From Podarcis gaigeae (taxonomy: Eukaryota): a stretch of DNA of 64,000 bases. The notes beneath the pieces were generated by a model that was not told the DNA's origin, made no database searches, and saw only the letters and a program-made list of their open reading frames with translations. Each line of letters opens with the position of its first letter. Position 1 is the first letter of the stretch. Where the stretch lies: assembly GCA_964106915.2 (NCBI GenBank), contig OZ066914.1, one strand, 5' to 3'. The translations under genes were made by a program, and so were the position numbers. Of this stretch, positions 54,797-64,000 are shown in pieces.

Positions 54797-55137
54797 ATGG
54801 TGATGTTAAGCTATCGGTGAATTTGGTGGGAGTCCAGCTGGTGACAAATTTATTAAGGACAGCAGTATGAAACCCGATAGATTTAGAGGAAATAGATCCA
54901 TCAGGTGACTGTCAGAAAATGACTAGGATCTAGGACAAGTTATTACATGATTTGGTCCAAGAGGGGCACACTTGGAAGAGCGCACTAGATGACCCTTTGG
55001 GTCTCCTAATTCTGTAATACTATGATTCTATAGGTGTGATCAGTCAGCGGGAGACTTGTACTTTCAGTTGGCTTCTTTAGCCTCTACAATAAATAGTAGT
55101 CTTATCTCCTTGTTCAGTCTTGTCTTTATTCTTTCAG

Positions 55138-55229
55138 TCAAATGGTTGGAGTGGAATATATCCTTTTACATGCACAAGAGCCAATTCTCTTCATTATTCG
55201 TAAGCAGCAAAGACAGAGTCCGACGCATG
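55138..55229 (+). CDS. MED6: MED6 exon 3
   Basis: ctttcag| acceptor. (N)[30 protein letters not shown]. Donor G|GTAAGG. 92 nt. Confidence 0.97.
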
Positions 55230-55795
55230 GTAAGGATTTGCACAGTATTTTGTGGAGGACAAGATGGAAACAAATAACAAAAAAGAAAAAAGGATGGGTA
55301 CGTTGCTTCCCTGTGCAGATGCAGTGCTCACATACAGAGGAATCTTCACAGGGCTAAGCAAATCTATGTTCTCCAACCTCCCCTCAGTGCACATACAGGA
55401 AGTGATTTGTTGTTTTTTGAAGAACAAGAGGTCTCTGCATATCCCCATCCAGGCTTTCTGTTCTGCTTGATCAAGTGAAGCTCTCATATCTTGAGCAAAC
55501 GGGGAGGAATCTGGGCATACAGAAGGTGCATATTCCACCTCCAATTCCTCATATCAGCTTGTGGCTTTTTGGGGGGGCAGGGGGATGGACAGAAATGAGA
55601 ATCCTGTGTTTAGTGCTGTGCCCACACAGGAAAGGATCATAGCCTATGCATACTTCCGAATGCTCCACCTGCTTTTGTTTTCCTGTTCACAGAAGCATAG
55701 GTAGAAATGTTAGCTCCCACAATTCATGTTGCGGTTACATTTTCTTCCTGGATTTTGCTTTATGGTCTAATTTCCTTTTTGAAATAGTAAAAGAA

Positions 55796-55808
55796 TGCCC
55801 CCTTGTGG
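55796..55808 (-). promoter_or_regulatory. CTCF-motif match
   Basis: Minus strand gCCACAAGGGGGCA. Sequence match only. Confidence 0.5.
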
Positions 55809-56087
55809 CAAAAGGCAAATAGTGCTGGTAAAAACATGCCTATTTGCAGTCCTTTGTTTTTAGCAGTGTTGATGACTTGTTATAACTATGTATTGCTTGT
55901 CTTGTATAATCTCTGTATGTAAAGAGGAGTAATTCCTCCCCACTGAGCAATAAGCCACTGCATAGTCAATCTTAAAAACAAAAGCTGCAGTATATAACTC
56001 AATATATAATTATAAATAAAAACCAGGTGATGTGACAACAAACAGAACAACTTCTGAATGTAAAATATCATTAATAATTTTTTGGAA

Positions 56088-56550
56088 GAGTAAGTTCTGT
56101 TTCACTAATGCATTAGAATTCTTTGAGCGTGTCAGCAAGCATATAGATAGATGTGATCCAGTTGACACAGTGCATTTGGACTTTCAAAAAGTTTTAACAA
56201 GATACCTCACCCAAGACTCCTGAGTAAGCTTAGCTCCCATGGAATAAGAGGAAAGGACTTCTTGTGGATCAGGAATTGGTTAAGGTGCAGGAAGCAGAGA
56301 AGAATGGACAGTTCTCTGAATGAAGACATCTAGAAAGTAAAGTCCCCCAAGGATCAGTATTGGAATCTAAACTTCTTAAGTTGTTTATGAATGACCCAGA
56401 GTTAGGGTGAGCAGTGAGGAGGCCAGGTTGCTGATGGTACAAAACAGCTTAAGGTCATTAAAACAAAAAGGGAATTCAGAGAGCTCCAAAAGGACCTCTC
56501 CAAGCTGAGCGAATGGGCAGTAAAATGGCAAATGCATTTCAGCCAAGTGC
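56088..56550 (+). mobile_element. Old CR1 LINE RT fragment
   Basis: Decayed KFCFTNALEFFERVSKHIDRCDPVDTVHLDFQK...VPQGSVL...(F)ADG motifs with frameshifts. Confidence 0.8.
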
Positions 56551-57353
56551 AGCCTGCAGTAAACAAGTGCAGCCTGGAGAGCAGTACAGCAGCAATTTCC
56601 CATCTCATATACTGTGACTGAGTGAAAGTAAAAGCCAGATATAAACATTAAAATTCATTTTACAAGTGCACACTCTCATATATAAACAAACCTGAAGGTC
56701 TGTAGTCTGCAGGGATAAGATACAGATGCAGGTTTCTTTTCCTTTTCCTAGTGAACATTTGCATGTGTCATTTAAAGACTCCCCAGGTGTTCAGAAAAAT
56801 GTAAGAAAAGTAACAGGATTTTAAAAAAAGAACTTACAATAAGGACCACATGCACACAAAGCAGTCCTGTAGAAACATAATGTTTGAAACCATTAAGCAG
56901 TCATTTCATTTTTTTCATTTTTTTCTATAGTTTTACAGCTTGTACCTTCTGTTTAAAAATTCTCTTAGGACAGGGGATAGTGCAATCGCATAATAAAAGA
57001 AATAATAAAAATACCCATAAGTAACAAGGATAAAAGAACAAAAGCAAAATGCAGCATGGCAATATTGCCAAGAGCAGACTAAAAAAAGTAGATTTTTTTA
57101 AAGGTCTAGGGAAAATAAAAAGGTATTTTAATAAAAAGGTAAAGGCATGAAAAGACACCATGTATCTTCACCATGTAGGAGATCTTGGAGACAATATTAA
57201 CATGGACGGGTATGTGATGAAAGCATAGCAGGGGGCTACCGTAGGTGGATGTTTTCCCTTTTAAAAAATGGGAGGGACACACACACTAAACACAGGGAGG
57301 AATACTCCTCTCCCTTGTTCTTGATATACAGCTCAGGTTGAGGCTTGCCTGTA

Positions 57354-57611
57354 CAGTCGTACCTTGTTTTGCAACCAGGATCCATTCCGGAGGCTCTGCC
57401 ATTAGCCAAAAAGACGCAGGGCAAAGCGCCGTGCCTGTGCACGTGCACAGAGCAGTTTGCACTTCTGTGCATGCGCAAAGTGCGATTTAGCGCTTCTGCC
57501 CATGCGCAAGCTGCAAACCCAGAAGTAACCCATTCCGGTAATTCCGGGTTTGCCGTGGACGTTTGCCAGAATGGATGCTAGACGAGGCGGACATTCATGG
57601 AGGTATTACTG
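57354..57611. mobile_element. Tigger/pogo-like MITE
   Basis: TA|CAGTCGTACCTT ... GAGGTATTACTG|TA. Interior related to 49642-49879. Confidence 0.85.
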
Positions 57612-57748
57612 TACAGTCTCAAAATGTTTTCTTTCCCATGTTATTTTGCTCAAGTGTTAGGCTGGCAATAAAGCACAAGGAGAAAGGCATTCAATCCCGT
57701 CCCGTCCCCGTCCCCGGCTTTCTTCATGTTTTAATCATGGGTTGAGAT

Positions 57749-58522
57749 TTGCTCGATACCTCCCTCTCCATGGAGGCGCAGATTGCAGCTATAACAAAGG
57801 CGGCATTTTTTCATCTCCGCCAAGCTAAGCAGTTGGCTCCTTACCTCTCTCGCCCTGACCTAGCCACTGTGATCCATGCGACGGTCACCTCCAGACTGGA
57901 TTATTGTAACTCACTCTACGTGGGGCTGCCCTTGAGACTGACCCAGAAACTCCAGCGGGTGCAGAATGCCGCAGCGAGACTCCTTACGGGGTCTTCGCTT
58001 AGAGATCACATTCATCCGGTGCTATATAAGCTGCACTGGCTCCCGGTGGAGTACAGGATCAGGTTTAAGGTGCTGGTTTTAACCTTCAAAGCCCTATACG
58101 GCCTAGGGCCCTCGTACCTACGGGACCGCCTCTCCTGGTATGCCCCACAGAGGAACTTACGGTCTTCAAATAAAAACACCTTGAAGGTCCCAAGCCACAG
58201 AGAGGTTAGGCTGGCCTCAACTAGAGCCAGGGCTTTTTCGGCTGCGGCTCCAACCTGGTGGAACGCTCTGTCACAAGAGACAAGGGCCCTGCAGGACTTG
58301 ACATCTTTCCGCAGGGCCTGCAAGACAGAGCTGTTCCACCTGGCCTTTGGTCAGGGCGCAGCCTGACTCCCTCCTTTGGCAATCTTTACAAGACTTTAGT
58401 TTATGGTTGCCATTAATTTTGATTTTAATTCATTTTTATAATGTTTTATAATGTTGTACTGTTTTAGTGTTGTTAGCTGCCCTGAGCCCGGCTTCGGCTG
58501 GGGAGGGCGGGATATAAATAAA

Positions 58523-58569
<47 letters not shown>
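57749..58569 (+). mobile_element. L2 LINE, 5'-truncated, apparently young
   Basis: Uninterrupted 205-codon ORF2 C-terminus (TSRLDYCNSLY.GLP...LQRVQNAAARLL...LHWLPV.YRI.FK...AFS.AAP..WNAL), 3' stem-loop and (TTA)15 tail. Confidence 0.94.
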
Positions 58570-58573
<4 letters not shown>

Positions 58574-58812
58574 TGAGTTTTTCTCCCCAATACTTGCTTC
58601 AAAAGTAAAAAAAGTGGAAGACTGAGCCCCCACAAACTGAGCCCTACTGGGCCATGTGTGTGTGATCCACATATGAGAGAAATTAGGCACTCTGCTTGAT
58701 TTTGGATAGTAGGCTTGAATGTCCCATGACTGATGTACCAAATACACTTGCAATGACAGCTGTTCATGTAGTGTTTTGGTAGCTGGACTAATGTTGTGCT
58801 TTTCTTTTATAG

Positions 58813-58895
58813 TTACCCCACTGGCTGATTATTATATTATTGCTGGAGTGATTTATCAGGCCCCTGACTTGGGGTCAGTTGTAAACTCCAGAGTG
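58813..58895 (+). CDS. MED6: MED6 exon 4
   Basis: ttttatag| acceptor. (V)[27 protein letters not shown]. Donor GTG|GTAAGT. 83 nt. Confidence 0.97.
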
Positions 58896-59528
58896 GTAAG
58901 TCTCTGTCCTGTATTCTTATAATGAAGGTATTAGCAATGCAAGTGCTTTGGGTTTTTTCCCCCTTGTTTGTCCTCAGGTTTGGGGGCAAAATGTGTGAAA
59001 AAAGGATCTCCACCTTTTGTGAAAAATGTATGTGTTGTAGGAAGTAAGAAGATTTACCGTTGTTCTGGACTGTTGACTTTTGAATGGTGTCTTGTTCTTA
59101 AGTTTAAGGTTGAATATGCCCTGTATCAGAATAGGTTCCCCCTCCCTTAGAGGGAATGTTCCCAAAGTGGGGTACCACATCTCAGAAGATCCCCTCAATG
59201 GTTACCAACTACCTAACTTCAGAAGATGGAGATATTTGATCCCTGAAGATGTATATGTAGTAGAGAAATTACTTCTGAGCATGTGCAGACTACCTTGCAT
59301 TTACTCCATGTGTTCCTACCTCCTAAGTGAAAGATCTGGCTCAATGGTATTATTCAATCCCCCTCCCAATCTTCCAGCCTCTGTGCATGAAGGTACAGGG
59401 AGATTCCACCCCAAACTCAGAGTACTGGACTACCTATGTCTAATGGCATTTATTTTGTGAGTTGGCTGGCTAAAATATAGCACAATGTGGGAAATCATGT
59501 ATCTTGTTACAAACTTATTTTTTTCAAG

Positions 59529-59637
59529 CTCAGTGCAGTACATGGAATCCAGTCAGCTTTTGAAGAAGCCATGTCCTACTGCCGCTATCACCCTTCGAAA
59601 GGCTATTGGTGGCATTTCAAAGATCAAGAGGAACGAG
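59529..59637 (+). CDS. MED6: MED6 exon 5
   Basis: ttttcaag| acceptor. [36 protein letters not shown]. Donor G|GTAGCA. 109 nt. Confidence 0.95.
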
Positions 59638-60107
59638 GTAGCATTCTACATGCTCTTTCTCCTTTGATAGAAATTGTGGGCTTGGGCTTGGTGTGTTGAC
59701 TTCTCTGAAATGCCTGTCTGTTCTGCTGGTTTATAAATGAATGAATGTACCACAGGAGTTGGAAAGAGTTAAAACATTCCAGAAAAGTAATGGTGTCAAC
59801 ACAGTGTCATTTTAGGTGTCTGGGCATGTAGGATGGGGCACTGTTGGTGGAAGTGAAAGCTTACATTAATTTAATTCTGCAGGGATGCCAAATCAATTGA
59901 AGGAGCTTAGGGAAGATATAAAGTAAGCAGAAGGGAGAAACCTTTCTGGAAAGTTGTAGAAAATTAAATGTTAACTTCTGCTGCAAAACTAACAAACTAA
60001 GGAAGGCAAGAAGCTTTATTTTGTAAATGAAGAATGGACAGATAAAAGAAAGTTAAAAGTTTATGTTCTGATGGGATGCTTCATTACAATCTCTAAATTA
60101 TTTTCAG

Positions 60108-60223
60108 ATAAAGCCAAACCCAAAGCCAAAAAAAAGGAAGAACCAAGCTCCATTTTCCAGAGACAACGTGTAGATGCATTACTCCTAGATCTGAGGCAAA
60201 AATTTCCCCCGAAGTTTGTGCAG
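60108..60223 (+). CDS. MED6: MED6 exon 6
   Basis: ttttcag| acceptor. (D)[38 protein letters not shown]. Donor CAG|GTATTA. 116 nt. Confidence 0.97.
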
Positions 60224-60256
60224 GTATTAGTTGGGCTAACACTTTAACTGATAATA

Positions 60257-60490
60257 CAGTGGTACCTCGGGTTACAAACACCTTGGGTTACAAATACTTC
60301 GGGTTACAGACTCCGCTAACCTGGAAGTAGTACCTCGGGTTAAGAACTTTACCTCAGGATGAGAACAAAAATTGTGCGCTGGCGGCAGCAGGAGGCCCCA
60401 TTAGTTAAACTGGTACCTCAGGTTAAGAACTGTTTCAGGTTAAGAATGGACCTCCGGAACGAATTAAGTTCGTAACCAGAGGTACCACTG
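60257..60490. mobile_element. Tigger/pogo-like MITE
   Basis: TA|CAGTGGTACCTCGGGTTAC ... GTAACCAGAGGTACCACTG|TA, 33 nt after the MED6 exon 6 donor. Confidence 0.92.
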
Positions 60491-61006
60491 TACATCAATT
60501 GGATGTATTAAGGTTATGTACTGTAGGTGTTAGAGCTGTCATTCAAGCCAAAAGGTTGGCATCTGTTATGGTTGGCATCTTCACCCTATTTATTTATTGA
60601 TTTTATATACTGCCCTATACCTGGGAGCATCTTGTTAGCTGGTTTCATATGTTACTTGATTTTTAAAAGTGTGATTATTAAAAGTGATATAACTTGATTT
60701 TCCTGTGCAAAAATGTAATTTGGAAATCTCTTGTGTAATGAAAGCCATTGCACAAGGCTATAGATTTGGCTTCTGCAAGATTAAGTTCTGCCTCAAAAAC
60801 CTATTATTTGAGAGTGTCAACAAGCATATATATAGACAGAAGTTGTCTAATTGACATGCTGTACTTGATTTTTTTTAATTAAAAAAATCAACTAAATGGC
60901 TTTTTATATAGGGCAGCAGTTCTTAGTAGGACAATAGCAAGATCATGCCAAAGCCAGATGCATGTATTTTTTTATTAGTGACTGTTTTTCTTTTTCCTCT
61001 TCACAG

Positions 61007-61034
61007 CAAAAGTCTGGAGAAAAACCCATTCCAG
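61007..61034 (+). CDS. MED6: MED6 exon 7 (28-nt small exon)
   Basis: Long pyrimidine tract and cacag| acceptor. QKSGEKPIP. Donor CAG|GTGAG. Required to keep frame into exon 8. Confidence 0.94.
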
Positions 61035-61387
61035 GTGAGAATTCAGTCATTGTTTTTAAACAGAACCAAATCCAAAGACATTGCAGTTTTCTTTTGAGCT
61101 GAGGCTTATGAGAATATTCCCACTATCTAAGGTCATGTTCACTATAGAGAGTGAGTGGGGGAAGATAGAGTGAGATCCCCTGTGCTGGGACCCTAAAAAA
61201 ATCACCACTTTATTTATAAATATTCTGGGTGCAGGAAACTATGATACTCCAGTATGAATAGAAAATCTGAATGCAGCAATTCAAGCTACTGCTTTATTCT
61301 GGCAGTTTTGCATTGGAAAACAATCTTACAGAAGAATCAGATATATAAAGTTGTTAGAATTAGATTTTCTTGGTTTTATTTTTCCAG

Positions 61388-61518
61388 TGGATCAGATCAA
61401 GAAGGAGCCAGAGCCAACCCCTGAAGCTACAAAACAAGAGGAGAAGGACACGGCTAAGATCACCCAACAGAGCACCAGCACCAAAGGACCGCCAGAGAAA
61501 CGGATGAGACTGCAATGA
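61388..61518 (+). CDS. MED6: MED6 exon 8 (last coding exon)
   Basis: tttccag| acceptor. (V)[42 protein letters not shown] then TGA. Exon lengths sum to 741 nt = 246 aa + stop. Confidence 0.97.
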
Positions 61519-62175
61519 CAGAAGGGAAGATTATACTCTTGGACTGCAATACAGCAAGGAAAGGAATGACAACTGTGTGGTGGACTTTTGACATTTCAAG
61601 GCTCTTTTCTTTTGAACTGTTTACAAACCTGTTAGCTGCAAACCTATAGCTACATACAGGAAGAAATAGTTTGGCCTTTTCCCTATTTTAATATTGAAGG
61701 CTGTATTTCATCTAGTGTACCTAACCCCCAGTGTCATGTCTTTGGCTAGAAACCTGTCCTCTTTTAATAAGCTTAGACCTTGGAAAAAGATGCTTCAGGA
61801 AAGACCATCAAGAAAAAACAAATGCAAAACTAGCTAATTCCTTGATCATTATCTTCCTTTTACCACTCTTTTTTACATGTACTACAGAATAACAAATGTG
61901 TGGCAGGATTATGTGAAGAAATGAGCAAGTTATGCTTTGGGCTTTGAAGAAAGGCGTTGGCAGTAGATGAAAATATTTTCAAAACTGTTTTACAGAATCC
62001 ATATAATTGGAAGTGAAATGTAGGCTGAAATTTCAAAATTTTCTTGGTAACTATCTCAGTAAATAACATAATTGGAACAATCACTCTCTTTATAAGCTTT
62101 GGAGTCCATAATGCTTTATATATCGATAAAGTTTTACCTTTGTTAATTTTTCGTAACTGTACAGTGTAATGTTGA

Positions 62176-62181
62176 AATAAA
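62176..62181 (+). terminator. Probable MED6 polyadenylation signal
   Basis: AATAAA about 660 nt after the stop, with TGTA just upstream and a GT/T-rich stretch downstream. A second ATTAAA lies at 62252-62257. Confidence 0.6.
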
Positions 62182-62419
62182 CTCAGGTACTCTGGTTTTT
62201 GAACATATGTATATTGTATTTACTCCTGACTCTACCCCATATTATCCTCTAATTAAAGTTGGTGAGAGAATAAGTTGCACTTAACATCTTGGCCACATAA
62301 TGAACTTATCATATTGTATTTGCCTTTTGTAATTTGACCTGTTTATTATGGTTAATGTCAGGGCATTAAATAATATATAAGAAGTTGAGCCTTTTATGTA
62401 ATTAGCATTGCCCCAGATA

Positions 62420-63182
62420 CTGTATTTTTCGCTCCATAAGACACACTTTTTTCCTCCTAAAAAGTAAGGGGAAATGTCTATGCGTCTTATGGAGCAAATG
62501 TGTGGTCCCTGGAGCTGAATCACCTGAGTGCAGTGTGCGCCGTTGCCACACCCTCCTGGGTTGCCGACAGCCTCTCCTTTCCCCTGGGAAGGTTTGGGAG
62601 TGGTGGGCAAGCTGTGCGCTGTTGCCCCACACTCCAGGGCTGCTCTCTTTGAGAGAGGCTTTGCCAATGGACTCCCCTTTCCCCTGATGGCTCTGGGAAT
62701 GTTGGCCGGAGGATGGCGAGAAGAGGCAGCTCCCAAGAGAGGGGAGGAAGAGGACGGAGAGGAGGGGGACCAAGAAGCTGGAAAGGAGGTAGGTTGCCGT
62801 GAGTGGAGAGTCATGGTAGAGTTCAAAGGAGAGGCATCAACGAAGGGGAGAAATTGCAGATGTCGGCTGAGGAGTTTGGGCAAAAGGGATAGAGAGGAGG
62901 CTGGAAAAGGGGCCTGTGCTGCTTGGGGAGGGGGAGAAAAAAGTGGGGAGAAGGAAAGCCTCCCAAGCCTCCGCGGGAGGAGAGCGATCCCTGCAGAGGC
63001 TTAGGATGGAAGCTGTGGCCCGCCAACCATATGGCTGACGGGCACGCAGCTTCCCTCCCAAGCCTCTGAGGGGATCCCTCTCCTCCTGAGGAGGCTGTGA
63101 TTCAGTATATTTTTTTATTGTTTTCCTCTAAAAACTAGGTGCGTCTTATGGTCAGGTGTGTCTTATGGAGTGAAAAATACGG
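62420..63182. mobile_element. Tc2-like TcMar non-autonomous element (763 bp) with long GA-rich interior
   Basis: TA|CTGTATTTTTCGCTCCATAAGAC ... GTCTTATGGAGTGAAAAATACGG|TA. Both terminal segments (about 80 bp each) match the 259-bp MITEs. Confidence 0.88.
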
Positions 63183-63451
63183 TAATAGGAAGATGGGAGT
63201 ATGAAGAATTACTGGTGAGCTCCTTTTAAGTCAAATGGTGTTCTGATGAAGCCACAAACATCAAGTTGTCCAACTTAATGTTGGCGGCCCTTGTTCTACT
63301 GCACAGTATTGATAGCTGCCTGGCTATGCAAATAGGACAAAGACAGTGATCAAAGCAGGTGGCATCTAGATGTGCTGTACTACCTTACTGGTAGGACAAT
63401 TTTTACTAGACAAAAAGTCAGGATAAATTTCTGCTACCTGCCTGCTGCATA

Positions 63452-63580
63452 TCATAGAATTGTAGCGTTGGAAGGGACCACATGGGTTATCTAGTCCAAC
63501 CCCCTGCAATGCAAGAATCTCAGCTAAACCATCCTACAATCCTTGGATAAACATCCCGTTGGCTTTCAAAGAAGGAAAAA
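63452..63580 (-). mobile_element. CR1 3' end fragment
   Basis: catagaattgtagcgttggaagggacc...tctagtccaaccccctgc. Confidence 0.75.
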
Positions 63581-63919
63581 CAGGTTCCATCTTCCAAAGT
63601 AGGTGTGCCATCACCTTAATCCAAGGAGATTGGTGAGTTCATGTGTAACATTTGAAACTTTACATTATCTGGAATTTGCTGCTATTGCTACTACTAAGCA
63701 TGACATGCTAGGTGTCATATATATAGGAAAAAGTCCTAAGAGTCATTCCCACATACAGACTTCTGAATAAACTGGGCAGCCATGGAACAGGAGGACAGAT
63801 TTTCTTCTGGATTGGTAAAATGTTGAAGAACAGGAAAGTTTTCACAAAAAATGAAACCCCACCCCCAAAAGGGGGGTGCTATTTAGAACTGGTGCTATTT
63901 AGTTTTCCAAGTTATCTAC

Positions 63920-64000
63920 AATCAGGTGAGCAGTAGGTAGCCAGGCTTGCAGATGACACCAAAGTACAGAGAATGGTGAAAATCGGATTGTAAATGTTTG
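63920..64000 (+). mobile_element. CR1 RT fragment running off the window
   Basis: gcagatgacaccaaa (ADDTK) motif with CR1-like context. Confidence 0.55.

Noticed and set aside
62281-63061. 200-aa and 158-aa ORFs downstream of MED6
   Set aside because: They lie inside a TIR-bounded non-autonomous element, are low complexity, and show no transposase or other domain.

Overview
Vertebrate (squamate, probably lacertid lizard, judged from Sauria-SINE and Squam3-type SINEs) genomic DNA, not prokaryotic. It holds two head-to-head protein-coding genes in the arrangement I recall from human 14q24. TTC9 is on the minus strand: coding exon 1 at 22556-22979 in a CpG island and exon 2 at 6650-6832; I could not find the last exon, which probably lies left of the window. 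MED6 is complete on the plus strand: 8 coding exons, 47664-61518, 741 nt = 246 aa + stop, all GT-AG. The rest is intron or intergenic DNA dense with transposons: CR1, L2, L1, RTE and RTE-X-like LINE fragments, SINEs, three solo LTRs, and many Tc1/mariner- and hAT-type MITEs, several nested with readable target-site duplications. Almost all other ORFs in the six-frame track are spurious or TE-derived. I see no convincing novel multi-gene system. The best second-look items are non-coding: a strong-Kozak uORF ahead of TTC9, complementary compound microsatellites and a three-arm hairpin in TTC9 intron 1, a CCAAT-array solo LTR upstream of MED6, a convergent CTCF-motif pair around the MED6 promoter, a MITE cluster and an unclassified triplicated element in MED6 intron 1, a hAT MITE carrying telomeric TTAGGG, and Tc2-like MITEs with variable cargo. 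Family names come from memory of consensus features, not from a database search.
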